Positions 27,427 through 40,002 of a DNA stretch of 64,000 nt are shown piece after piece. Location: assembly GCA_030141605.1 (NCBI GenBank), contig JAQGDQ010000083.1, forward strand, positions 186,001-250,000, in the 5' to 3' direction. The notes under the pieces were generated by a model that was not told the origin of the DNA, searched no databases, and worked only from the letters and a program-made list of their open reading frames with translations. The translations under genes and the position numbers were made by a program. Position 1 is the first letter of the stretch. Each line of letters begins with the position of its first letter. The stretch comes from Tubiluchus corallicola (Eukaryota; Animalia; Priapulida).

Positions 27427-27700
27427 ATGGGCTGCAGCCCAGCGGCCTTCGCCAGCTGAGGGGCCTTCAGAAATTAAGTGAAAGTAAATTACTGTGAAAA
27501 GTTACTAGAGCATGGGCTTTATGGGCTGCATCCCAGGGGCCTTTGCCAGTTGAGGGGCCTCCAGAGATTCTGAAAGTAAATTACTGTGAAAAGTTACTAG
27601 AGCATGGGCTTTATGGGCTGCAGCCCAGGGGCCTTTGCCAGTTGAGGGGCCTCCAGAAATTAAGTGAAAGTAAATTACTGTGAAAAGTTGCTAGAGAATG
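27427..27700. repeat. Minisatellite, 3 copies of ~93 bp
   Basis: ATGGGCTGCA...GAGGGGCC...GAAAGTAAATTACTGTGAAAAGTT at 27427, 27521 and 27613. Confidence 0.9.
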
Positions 27701-28158
27701 CATTAATATACTGTGTAATAATACACTGAAATTGTTTTCTTGTTCATTATTTGAACTCATTGATACTGCCAAATACACTAGCAATCTGATTACAATGACA
27801 CAATTTTAGAGGAATTGAGGTCACCTCCTGTGACAAAATTACAATTTATTGTAATTCGTATGTATTCCATGTTTTAATTTTGTAAATATCAGAATATTTC
27901 TTCTCTTTTTGTTGTGTTAAACTTTCACCCATCTACGTGGGCCTAATGTTGGCATTATTTTGTAGAATTTGAATAAGCTGATTTGAAGAATCCAACATTC
28001 ACGCTTTTTTTAATTGTCACTGGGGCCGGAGCCTCATGTATCTGTAACCCAGGGGCCTACAAAATTAAAATCCGGCCCTGGTCTTGAAAAGGATTTCTCA
28101 CTAGAGACACCTGTTGGCAATTATTGTATTGCAAAAATAATGAGATTTATATTTCCAG

Positions 28159-28825
28159 ATACATTTCTATTGTTTATCCGATGAAGTATGAGATGACGAC
28201 GAAGGCAGCGGGACGATTCATTGCTGTTATATGGATATATTCCTGCCTGACCTTCATTCCTTGGTTGCTGTATTACGATGCCGTAGATATAATATTCAAG
28301 GGTCAATTACTGTCAGTTTGTGGCGAATTCGGATGGCACGATCCCGCTGCAGCAAAATGGTACTTCTTGTGCGTTGTAGCTTTGCAGTGCTACATTGTTC
28401 CCTTAGCTGTCATAAGTGTTTGCTATTTCTTGATATTTCTGCACGTCTTACGACGTCCCGTGATTGGTGAAACACGTGACTTGGAAACGCTGGTTCGAAA
28501 ACAGAAGCTCAAACTTGCAAAAATGGTCCTAGTCGTTGTGATGGTGTTCGCCTTCAGTTGGCTGCCACTGTACTTGACGTTTGCGTTTGTTTATTTTGGA
28601 GTTGTCTCCGATAACAATGCGCAGCTGGCACTGCTCATACCCATATGCCAATGGATATCCACGTCGAATAGTGGGATTGATCCGGTCCTGTACGGATTTC
28701 TGAACCGGAAGTTCCGGTTGGGTTTCATTGCTGTCCTGAAAAGCAGGAGCTGCTGCGGCGAATTGCGATATCCACACGACAGGAACACTAAATACTACAA
28801 TGGCAGATTAACCAATAGCACTCAG
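28159..28825 (+). CDS. SIFamide/NPFF receptor-like GPCR, cassette B, TM4-TM7 exon
   Basis: ttccag|A TAC ATT; YISIVYPM...FAFSWLPLY...QWISTSNSGIDPVLYGFLNRKFRLGFIAVLKSRSCCGELRY; probable donor CAG|gtattg, otherwise it reads through to the stop at 28858. Confidence 0.9.
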
Positions 28826-28950
28826 GTATTGTTAGTCTTAAAATATGCTGTTATTTAATGCATAAGAACTAGGGAAAAATTGAGGAGAGCAATACCCGCT
28901 GTGAACTGCGCTGTTAACTTTGCACGATTAGCACTGCCATCACAGCAGTG

Positions 28951-29000
<50 letters not shown>

Positions 29001-29581
29001 CTTTATTGCATAAGTTCTACACATTTACAGGTGTGATAAAATACGTGAAAATACTATATGTGTAACCACTCAATGCCTGTTGTAGGCAATAGTGTTAAAC
29101 TACTATTACAAGAGTTAATTTTTTAAATTGTGAATAAAAGACATAAAATTTACATAGGTAAAATTAAAATTCAATTACAAAATATAACTTCTCAACGCAT
29201 ACGCACAAAAAAATTAAAAATTACTTTTAACATAATATGCATTTATTATACTAAATCTACTGATGCAAAAATCTACAGGCAGTACAGCTTTTGGTTGGTC
29301 GGTATTCTGATGACTAAGGTTACCTCCGTAACTTACTAATTATTATGCTTGTCTTTACATTTATTTTTGAGTTGACTTGCGCATGCGTGCACTCAAATCT
29401 AACAAACTGATGAATACTAATTTCATTGGCAGCACCTGTATGGAAGGAAAAACATGTGCCACATTTTTTACAAATGATGGAAACCTGTCTAATATCTTGT
29501 CTTTTGGCGTTTGCTAATTAGGTCAACCTGCTAGTTACCTTTTTCATCGTCCAGTGTATTTTTTTTATTCTGAAAAATCTC

Positions 29582-29835
29582 TCTGTGGCGTAATGGTTAG
29601 CAACCCGGATTGTAGGTTATGAGTTCGAATCCCGATGAAGGGATAATTTATACCAGCTTTCGGGCGTTCATAGAATTGATCTTGTACTATGTGGTACAAT
29701 GTAGACTTTAATTCCTCATTCATATACAACTAGTAGCATACGTGCCGTCAAGTAGGTCAAGTGCCTTTGTGGTGTAGCGGCTAGTATAGCTGCCTGGACA
29801 GCATAAGTCCTAGGTTCGAGTCCTAGCGGTGGTTT
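29582..29835 (+). mobile_element. Two tandem degenerate tRNA-like units (SINE heads or tRNA pseudogenes)
   Basis: GTGGCGTAATGGTTAG...GAGTTCGAATCCC (29585-29633) and GTGGTGTAGCGG...GGTTCGAGTCCT (29769-29824); stems imperfect. Confidence 0.55.
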
Positions 29836-30429
29836 GAAATTTTTCACACTTTTTAATATAATATTCTTTCGTGCGTTCAAATGATTATTATAAATTGTTG
29901 TGACTGGACGGGATCTTGCTTATTATCGAAGACAGCCCTCTAAGATGGACGCGATTGTACCTCTCTTCAGCAGGGAAAAGAGCCGGGGAAATATAGCAGA
30001 AGAAGCCGCAGAACCAATTTTCATATTGATTATCCATTCATTTACTGCTCAGGATCAGCTGTTGCTTAACTTCGGGCGCTCGATCAGCTAATTGCCTTCG
30101 CTTGCTTTTTTTACTAAATTATCTAGATGACTAGTTTAGTACTACCATTTATAGACGAAAAATTTTAATCGGAAGAAAGCTTTTTCTTAAAAAGTATTTA
30201 TGAAAGTTTAAGTGAAGCGGTGCCAAATGTCAGAATATCCAGGGAGATGTAAAAGCGCTTCCTCAATTTCACCAGCAGTTTGGCCCGCCTCTGCCCTAGT
30301 TTTCAAATGGTGCAACCAGGACTCTAAGTTTGGTTCTTGACTCGTTTGGCTGAATTCCTTCCATTAGTTCCATGTGTGCTAAGCGTGTGGTGCACATTGA
30401 TTTCCTTGAAACAGCAAAAAATGTTGAAG

Positions 30430-31408
30430 GGGAAGAAAAAACATTTTTAAAGAATGTTCACAAAAACTTTCCACACAAACTTATATTACTTAGCTATACG
30501 CTTACCTGCTTGAGGGACTTATGTAACTAGAAAAGAAATTTTTTAGCAATTTAAAATGTTTGCTCCAACTGGTAAATCGTCAGTGTTTCACCAGCCCAGT
30601 ATGCACCACTAAGTTATCAAAAACGTATTTTTAATTTTATTGGTAATGTAAAGTAATTAAGTCTTTTGTTTAGTAACAGAAGAGTGCGCTGCGAATTCTC
30701 TGATGGTTTTTTCAAACTTCACACAATGTCACCTAAAGTTGTTTCAAACAATCTACCGTCAAAATGGCTGCGCCTAACAGTCATCGCGGGAGTTTAAATT
30801 TACATGTTTTATACAGTATTATTGCTAATATAACATCTGTGTGCAATAAGGCAGTATAGGCTGCAAAACATTGTCTACCGAAAGAACTTAATCAAGCGGT
30901 GTGGTGCTTAAAGCACAAGAGAACCCTTCATAAACATAAAGCTTGAAAAATTCGTTTTGAAATTTTGTTTCGCTTACATGCTGCCTTTTTGCATGCAGGA
31001 CTTCAATCGGCAGTCACGCTGTATAAAACCTGTAAATTTAAACTCCCGCGATGACCGTTAGACGCAGCCATTTTCACGACAGGTCATTTGAAACAAGTTT
31101 AGATAACATTTTGTAAAGTTTGAAAAAATAATCAGAGCATTCGTAGCGCGCAAGTCACTAACTAAATAAAATTTAAAATTACTATGTCTTGTCAATAAGA
31201 TTAAAAATACGTTTTTTTGTTAGTGAGTGGTGCACCCTGTAGGGTGAGTCAGCTACATTTTACCAATTGGTGAAAACATTTTAAATAATTAATAATTTTC
31301 TTTTCTAGTTACATAAATCTCTCTAGCAGGTAAGCGAAAATCTAAGTAATATAGATTTGCACGGAAAGTCTTTTGAGATATAATTTAACATTGCCTTTTC
31401 TTCCCTTG
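30430..31408. mobile_element. ~1 kb foldback element (family A, two inverted ~390-bp arms, ~200-bp spacer)
   Basis: 30430-30817 is a diverged reverse complement of 31019-31408, e.g. CGCGGGAGTTTAAATTTACA versus TGTAAATTTAAACTCCCGCG. Confidence 0.85.
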
Positions 31409-31756
31409 ATTTACGTTTGGTGCATGACGTCATGTAATGGCGACTTCGGAATAGTATTGCGGGAAATTTAAAATGAAAACAAATCAAAATTACTTTCAGT
31501 GCGAGTAAGATATAGGCATAAAATTGCTATAAAGTAATATAATTTTTTAAGGCGATTTTTCTGAAACCTGCTTCAGGTACACCTTTTCTTGTCCTTTAAA
31601 ACGTAAGAAAAACATTTACTTAAGTAAAGATAGGAAAATTCGTGTTATTAACTTATTGTTAAAAATTGTTGTTATTAACTCGTTATTTTTTAACTAACGG
31701 TTCTTGACTGTTGCTAAATAACTAACTCGTGTGCGTATTTATTTTATTTATTATAG

Positions 31757-31838
31757 GTGTGTTCTACAGGTACTTTTGTAGCACGTTCACCAGGTCACAT
31801 GTCTGAAACAAGCTTCAGTGTTTCGAAAAAAATTGAAG
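31757..31838 (+). CDS. Probable C-tail exon of GPCR cassette B
   Basis: ttatag|GTG...GAA G|gtttcg; phase 0 to phase 1; Ser/Thr-rich VCSTGTFVARSPGHMSETSFSVSKKIE. Confidence 0.5.
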
Positions 31839-32577
31839 GTTTCGTATGGGAATGTTTTTATTTTTGTGTAGCAATAATAACGCAATTCAGTGCTAATTAA
31901 TGTCCTTCTTGCATGCACTGAAAAGTAATTAGAGCTAAGATAAAACTATGTAAATAACAGAGAGTAATTATCACTAATCAAATTAACAATTTGATAGGAA
32001 GGAAAATTTGAAAAGATTTAAAACCGATACTGTATCACAGCTCAATCATGCGGTTATGAGACTATTTGTTTTTGACCTGAAGGCCCATAGTTCGATCGTT
32101 GGTAGAGAGAATTTTTATGCGTTTTTTCTGGTTTTAATGCTTTAAGTTTTTTTGTTTTTTCAACTTTAAACGCGAGAATACGTTTTAGTAAAAGCGCTAC
32201 ACAAAAGTGTGGGTGAAGCCTGTGCAAAAGTAAAATTTGCTTTTTGGATTCAAATTTTCTTCAAAAATAAAATTTGGATTCAATTTTTTTCAAAATCAGC
32301 ATGATATTATAAAAGCATGTCTGACGAGCACAAAAACGCAAATGCCTACTTTTATAAATTTCAATTAAATTGAACGAATAGATTATAGAAGGAACTTTTA
32401 CGGCCATTCCAAAAACACTTATTGTTGCATTAATTATTACAAACTAGAGTTTAGAAAACAAAATTTAGTTTAACAGATTATTTTTGGCAATTTGAAAATG
32501 GCGTATCAGGAATGTGTAATTTTTAAAAATAATAATTTAAGTTTTATAAAACATAATTTTGTTTCTTTTGTGTTTAG

Positions 32578-32666
32578 CAAAAAAGGACAGTGGTGAAGTT
32601 CATGTGCCTGACGTGGATAATAGAGGAAACATTGGGAGGAAGTACAGTTTTCCGATTGAACAATAG
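32578..32666 (+). CDS. Probable terminal exon of GPCR cassette B
   Basis: Pyrimidine-rich acceptor gtttag|CA; phase-compatible with 31838; AKKDSGEVHVPDVDNRGNIGRKYSFPIEQ*; AATAAA at 32853. Confidence 0.5.
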
Positions 32667-33827
32667 CCGTAAAGACAATGACAAGCAAGATTGGAATTTT
32701 TGCGATGCCAAGTTGTGATTTCTGCACTTCACATAGACCACGTGGCGCATCTTCTTTCATTCCAGTCATAATTATTAATTTTGTATCACAATGTTACGTT
32801 TTAGTGTGGCAAACTACAAAAAATATATTAGTTTTAACACTGTTTTTCCTGTAATAAATTTTATTTTGCACAATATATTCAATTGTGAATCAGCGACAAT
32901 TAAACGTATTCATTTGTTACATTTTAAAGATGGCGAAAATTGATTCTTAGTTTCGTCAAAATCTGATTTAGCTTGTTGCAATCAATATTATTCGGCTGGT
33001 GAGAAATATTTTCGTATTAGTTGCAAAGACGTAAATCTAAATTAAAAGACGTAGAACGTAATCGTGAAAGAAGGCTTAGTGACCTTTTTGACATTCTACG
33101 TCATCCAACAAAACCCATTGTCTGCCTGAAAAGCAAAAATTAAAAATTCAAGTAATTTATTAAACTTACCTAAAAGGGAATTACATTTACTAAATAAATA
33201 AATAAATAAATAAATAAAAATAATTCAGAATAGTACGAGTATGTAATACTAGCCAGAAAGGTGATATTAGTTTATAGCTACATGCGACCCATAAAATTAG
33301 GTATTCGAGTGGAAATATATGAGCTCAAATGAATCTTCATTAATAAATTCTGCTTTCAAACAACTACGATTTCAATTTCTGCATGTTTACCATAATTTAA
33401 AAACGTGATGGCCAGTTTTACGTGTGTCTAGGCTAAGGTTGTTTTGTGTTCGCCTCCCTCGACCCTCCCAGCCACGTTAAATTGTTAAGCTTAATCCACT
33501 TGGACGCTGGCGAACAAAACCTGAACGCCCGTTCATGTGGAACTTCTAAATTGCCTGAAGATCTCATTTGTGGAAAGTACAGCACGCTAACATGTCTACT
33601 GTTGACGCTTTTTTCGGTCGTTAAAAGGCGTAACCCACACGTGACAATATCTAAGGTGACGCTATATATTTTATTGAAGACATGGAAATAAGCTTTACCA
33701 CAATGGGACAAATGATGTGCAAACAAGAAAGTTCCTTGCGCTTATTAACAACAATATTTGTACAATAACCTTCAGCTGCTGCAAATTTTATAACGCAGTT
33801 TATTCATCAAGATAAAAACGGGTTATT

Positions 33828-33888
33828 ATGCAACTATGCTTGGCGATAACAGCTTTGGTTACAACATGGATGACTCTTTTCATAACAG
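33828..33888 (+). CDS. Orphan type-I membrane protein, exon 1 (signal peptide)
   Basis: MQLCLAITALVTTWMTLFIT G|gtaagc; phase 1, matching the next exon. Confidence 0.72.
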
Positions 33889-35035
33889 GTAAGCGTTAAA
33901 CTGTAAAAAGTCTGTTATAATTTCATAAAGTCCTAACTGAATATTCAGTACTGCACTTAATTAAGAAGTAATGAGCAGGGCGAATTATTTTATAGGCTAA
34001 TACAGGCTGCAACCTTTCAAGCTTTGCTACCATTTTAACATTAGTAAAAAAGTCTGTTGTTTCACTGCGGTTATGTTGAAATGTGTACTAATTTGGTTTG
34101 CAATAAATAGTAAAATACTGGCATTTCTTAAAGAATATTTTTATTAACAAACAAAAGAATGCTAATCTAATTTATTTAAAGAATTGCAATAAGCTCACTT
34201 TAATCTATGTAAGTGTCTCTGCATTATATCACGAGTAAACAATGTTCAAGACCGGGTGTGGGACGATTTAGAGGGTGGCTCCATCTGATAGAGGCCCATA
34301 ATTTCATTAGCTTAGGCGCGCGGAAGGTCATAATCCGGTCCTGGGCGATGAGTTTTTAGCACATAATGCAAGTTTGCCGAGAAAAAGATGATAAAAATGG
34401 CCCTTGTAAATGGGTGTACCTCTATGGATGCTGCCACGTAAACATTAGTCAAGGCCTACGTTTAGGGACTCCTGTGTCTGGTCAAGAATAAGTGACGCTG
34501 ATTGTCATAAACTTGTAATGCTGCTAATGAAGTAGGCATTGTTTGTATATTGACTAGAATGAGACACGACCGTTAGTTAGTACGATGAAGCAGGTATTTC
34601 AGTGCAAAGAAGCTGAGTGCGCTCCTACTGTGAAGATAAGCAGACCGCCACGAAAATGATTAGTCTAATTTGCCAGAAGCTGTTTCTTTCCATGAGAAAG
34701 GATGTTTGCCATAAACAAATTTACACAAAGTAGCTAAAACACCTCTGTTGGTTTAAGAAAAGTGAGGTTAAAAAATACGTACTCACTTTATTTAGAATGA
34801 CTATATTTGACAGTGAGCAGATTCCATGTTTCACTTAACGTTTTTGCAAGGACAGTGAAGTAAGTTTTAGTTGCTACAGGGATTGGGAGCAAAAGACAGT
34901 AAAAAGAAAAAAGGAACACTGGGAGAACAGAAGACAGTGAGAGGGGGAAGAGAAAGAAGAGAGACAGTACGAGGGGGATAGAGAGAAAGATACAAAAAGA
35001 GAGGATGAAGCGATGCAAGAGAAAGAGCGGGAGAT

Positions 35036-35084
<49 letters not shown>

Positions 35085-36878
35085 GGAAGAGAGTGAAAGA
35101 GAGAGAGAGAGGGGAGACCAGAACTTACCAATTTCTAACCTTTAATGCAGCATGATAAATTTATGGTCTAGAACTTCTGGTGAATTCTGCAATTCAACAA
35201 GTTCTTTTACTCCATTTAGTAAGCTTAAACTATGTATCTAACTTACTGCAGTTTCTTCTTAGAAAACTAGCAGGATGCCCACCAATTTGTGCTGCATTAC
35301 TGAAAAGTCTGGATTGTTGCAACGGGATCGGAATCTAGCTCATTTTCAAGGATATTCTTCCAACTGAAGCTGTGAATTGTTTATTATTACCCGAATGTTA
35401 CTTCAACTATTCCACGTGCTAGGTCAAAGAACATGCGGTACTATTTTTCAAGTCTTTAGTATGACTCGGCCGTGGAATTGAACCCACCACTTCTCGCATC
35501 AGAAGCAAGGACGGCACCTTCGAGCTATTCCTGTGGTATGCCGTAACCCAAGCACATATCGTGACCATTCAGCTGCTGTGCGTGCTGAAAATGTCACCTG
35601 ATCACATACCTGCACTAAAGCTGTCCGTTGTCCGAGTTACGGCAACCGACTGATGGTTGTAAATTCGCTTTATGGGTATCCCGAGTGTCCTAATCATTCA
35701 CTTCTTAACACTTTAACAAATGATCACTGGAACGCCTGTTACTATGGTGGTCATTAGTGATGTCCAAGCCAGTTAGCGCCCCTTCTGTGCGTTCTTTTAA
35801 CTTAATATAGGATCCTAATTCAAAAAGCAGCCTTCGATGTAAAGTATAGCACGTGTTTTAAGCAGGGTTGTTTAGCGGCATTTTTTCAATCCCACCAAAG
35901 CCATATTCTTCGCAAAAATTCTCTGACGCAGATTGCAAAGTAACAAAAAAAGATGATCAATAATTTTGGTTTGCTGAAACTGGTTTAAAGCGAGATATGA
36001 TCCAAAAACATGGGCACTTTTACCGCTTCCTAGTATTCGGGTCACTTATCTGCTAAAGTTGGAGAACGTTGGAACTGATTTTAGAACCACTTTACACCCT
36101 GCTAGAATACCGTCAGACATGGCGGGGCCAGAACGCTGTTTATTACCAAGGATCATTTAAAATTTTATATTTTTGGCTGGCTTGTATAAATATATATAAT
36201 CGTTGAAGATAAAACATTGAACCGACAAAGCGTCTTAATTATATGTGAATGCGTATGCAACTTCTCGACTTCAGAGCAGAATAGAAGTTGAAACTCTCGT
36301 CAGCAGTTTTTCCGCAACAGGCACTCATCCATTTAACAACTAAGCCCCGAGTTGTTTAACTTTGCATGCAACGGTGACTACTCAGCCCATTCACAAAAAC
36401 AGCATAGAGATTGTTATTCAGAAATAGTGAGAATTCCAAATATATAATAGGTTAATATATATATAAACAGTTGAGTTTTTGCATTTGATCCTTTGTGCAG
36501 TTTGACAAAACAAGACATAGAAGCTGTTTCAGTTTATCTGAATGTGACCTGACTTTGTGTTACATAACACAAAAGACTTGACTCAGCATTGCATGACATA
36601 ACCTAACCTAATATAATTATAACCTATATAATATATATATAGCCTTGTCAATACAGGTAAAAAGTACATATGTCAGATCATAGGTCAAAATGATGCAGAG
36701 TTTGAAACATCGCCCTGTTTTCCTATTTGGTACTTTTTCCTTTAACTATTTTGGTACAATTCTTCTCATAATATTTGCTATATGTACACAGTAAAATTTC
36801 ACTGTTGAAAAAATATGAGAGTAATAAAGCCCTGACAGTGTTTAAATACCTACAACAACCATTATAAATTTTTCAGTA

Positions 36879-36909
<31 letters not shown>

Positions 36910-37119
36910 ATTTAATCCATCCACTTTCTAAGAAATAGAAATGAGGTTTCATTGCCTATAATAGTTACATCAGTAGGTAGTGCATAGCTATAGCTTTTCC
37001 TTAAAATCTCCATTCGTGTATCTGAGATTCGGAATGTCTCTTTACCATCTACTCTTAATGTGTTCATAAAGGTCATCAGTTACCTGCCCCGTAGTAATTA
37101 CCAAATTACTCATTTTCAG

Positions 37120-37284
37120 GAAACGCTGTTTGCACCCGGGACGATTTCTGCAGTCTATTTTGTGCGCGAGTCTGCAAGGTGAAGTTGAACATCGAGTCGA
37201 ATCTGTTTCCAAAATGCCTGGCCGGAAGTTGCGGTTGCTATGCTTCCTGTGAGAATGATTCAAATGTCTGTACGGAACTGCTGT
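37120..37284 (+). CDS. Orphan type-I membrane protein, exon 2 (Cys-rich domain)
   Basis: ttttcag|GA...CTG T|gtaagt; GNAVCTRDDFCSLFCARVCKVKLNIESNLFPKCLAGSCGCYASCENDSNVCTELL; the tenth Cys forms across the junction (T|GC). Confidence 0.85.
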
Positions 37285-37819
37285 GTAAGTACAAAGCAAT
37301 GACACATACTTTTCTTTGGGTTTACATAAATTGATTTATAGGTTTCATTAGTGTATTATGATAAAATCTATAAACTTGATAAAATCTATAAACTTGGGAT
37401 TCTAGAATGATGTGGTCTTTCAAAAACCCTCTTTCAAAAAAAACCACGCAGCACGATGACAAAAAAGACCTAGTCAACCTTTTTATTCTCATTTGTCCTA
37501 CGCAGTGTGGGTCATAACGACTAACGTCTGACATTGCTCCATTAAAAACAGTTACGTCTTAGGTGGGACATTCAGTTCTTTTCTTAATATAGAAATGCGC
37601 CCCTTTTCCCCAGTTAAGTCTTACTGACTATTAATTACTTGAGCTGTTAATATAGTTGATCTGATCAAGATGTGAAACTGATTAAATTAAGACAACGGAA
37701 ATGAAACCTGTTTGGCTTGTTTGTTTCGACAATTTTTGTTAAATAATACATCGTATTTTGATGATGACTTTTTACCGTGGAATATTTTTATTTACGTATT
37801 ATTTATAAATTGATTTCAG

Positions 37820-37912
37820 GCTTACAAAACAATAGTAAGGTGACACTGGTGCCACCCCGTGGAACTACTCCTCTGCCTGCAAATTTTACCTTAACACCAA
37901 CAAAATCAACAC
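37820..37912 (+). CDS. Orphan type-I membrane protein, exon 3 (Thr/Pro-rich stalk)
   Basis: tttcag|GC...ACA C|gtgagc; CLQNNSKVTLVPPRGTTPLPANFTLTPTKST with two N-glycosylation sequons. Confidence 0.82.
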
Positions 37913-38243
37913 GTGAGCATCTATGTTTATTAGTTATAATTTTCTCGTTTTTACAAAGACATACGTGCAAGCGATGTCTTACTGACTGCTTTATTCTTAC
38001 ATTGCAACGATTATTTAACATTCATTTGCTGTCATTGGCATGCAGTTTCAGACCAAAGCACATTGTAGTACAGCGTCATCTATCGCCAACTTTTATAAAT
38101 CATATACAGCAAGCGTTTTGGAGAACTAACTAACTTGCTTTCCATTTTATATACTAATAGCGGGATGGCACTACAAATACGTACCTCTAAAATAGTATAT
38201 CCAAGCATTAGTCGTTGTAAATTACATTTTTTAATGCTTATAG

Positions 38244-38356
38244 ATAAATCTTCGACAACGAGCCTGCAGTCTACGATTTTGCTACTCTTTACGATGGCGT
38301 TTGTAGCCGTTCTAGTCTACAGCTTTTGTTTCTATGTCAGACGACGATATGGACAG
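38244..38356 (+). CDS. Orphan type-I membrane protein, exon 4 (transmembrane helix)
   Basis: ttatag|AT...CAG|gtaatt; ILLLFTMAFVAVLVYSFCFYV followed by the basic stop-transfer RRR. Confidence 0.85.
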
Positions 38357-38584
38357 GTAATTATTAATTAGTTAAATAAGCCTAAGTTAGATAGGTGTTA
38401 GTGAGCGATTATACTCAATTATAAAAATGCTAACGCTTAAGAGATAGTGGAATATGCAAGCAGCGGATATATGTTTTTCTTTATATAGAAATGCAGCCCT
38501 AACAGCCCGTTAACTACACCGCTGTTTTATCTACAAAATTCATTTATTGTTCAGCCTACTTCCTGTAACAAATGATTTTTAGAC

Positions 38585-39125
<541 letters not shown>

Positions 39126-39357
39126 TTGTTTGTTTGTATCTATCTCTATACCAACTTCAGTTTACAAGTTAACTTGGAACAAACCCTAAATTGAGCCCAG
39201 GAGGTGCCAAGACTGAGGGGACTGATGTAAGACATCATTTATAAGCACCAGGGAATGTCAAACTTGCCTGTTCCACTTATTGTTCACTGTGTATACCTAT
39301 CCATACCCAGATAACCTGTTTTTATACTTTTTTGCTATATATACAATTTTTTTGCAG

Positions 39358-40002
39358 TACCTTGAACAAGTTTCTCCAGTTGCCCATACATCAGCAACGC
39401 ATGAGGAGGGTCAAATGGCGCAGGACCTTCCGCCGTCTTACAGTCAAGCATTAATCCATAGTCGTCCAGTTACATCCGTCCTTGGTCGATCCATCAGCAT
39501 TATCAATCCAAGTCATTCTGTCATTGCTCAACGTCGCGGCCTTTTCACTCGGGAGGAATCCACAATGTCCACCGGAAGTGGAGTGCTCCCACCATATCAG
39601 GAAGCTATCAAACTAAATCCGGCATCCTTAACTCGGTACGTATCAAGGTCGTCGCCAACAGACAACCGCAGAGGAGCTAGGAACAATGAAACGCGTGTTA
39701 ATCTAGCCACACCGAGTGATACAAGTGATATAAACCGTGTAGTATTAGAAGTTAGTGATGGTGCTAGTCAGAATACAATGCGGACGACACGGAGTTCAGT
39801 TGACACTCCAACTGTTACAAGCTGTAGAAACAATTTACAGCATGGCACCACATTTCCATTTCGTCAGCAGCTACGGGATGCTCACGCGTCCTCGTGTCCA
39901 GTAATAAGTTCTGCTGTTCGCCAGGCAGAGGACTTTAGAGACACAGATTCAGCTTCAAATGTTACTTTCACTGTACCTCACTGTGACAGTCAAAAGTTTT
40001 AG
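39358..40002 (+). CDS. Orphan type-I membrane protein, exon 5 (disordered cytoplasmic tail with PY motifs)
   Basis: ttttttgcag|TAC; 214 open codons containing LPPSY and LPPY; Ser/Thr/Arg-rich. Confidence 0.85.
   Translation, partial: YLEQVSPVAHTSATHEEGQMAQDLPPSYSQALIHSRPVTSVLGRSISIINPSHSVIAQRRGLFTREESTMSTGSGVLPPYQEAIKLNPASLTRYVSRSSPTDNRRGARNNETRVNLATPSDTSDINRVVLEVSDGASQNTMRTTRSSVDTPTVTSCRNNLQHGTTFPFRQQLRDAHASSCPVISSAVRQAEDFRDTDSASNVTFTVPHCDSQKF

Noticed and set aside
28124-28158. ORF-track N-terminus MYCKNNEIYIS of the second GPCR ORF (likewise Met 22410 and 39280-39357 as starts)
   Set aside because: These lie in introns or mid-exon; clear acceptors exist at 28159, 22388 and 39358.
29762-29833. 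Functional tRNA gene
   Set aside because: The acceptor and anticodon stems pair poorly, so it is treated as a tRNA-like relic.
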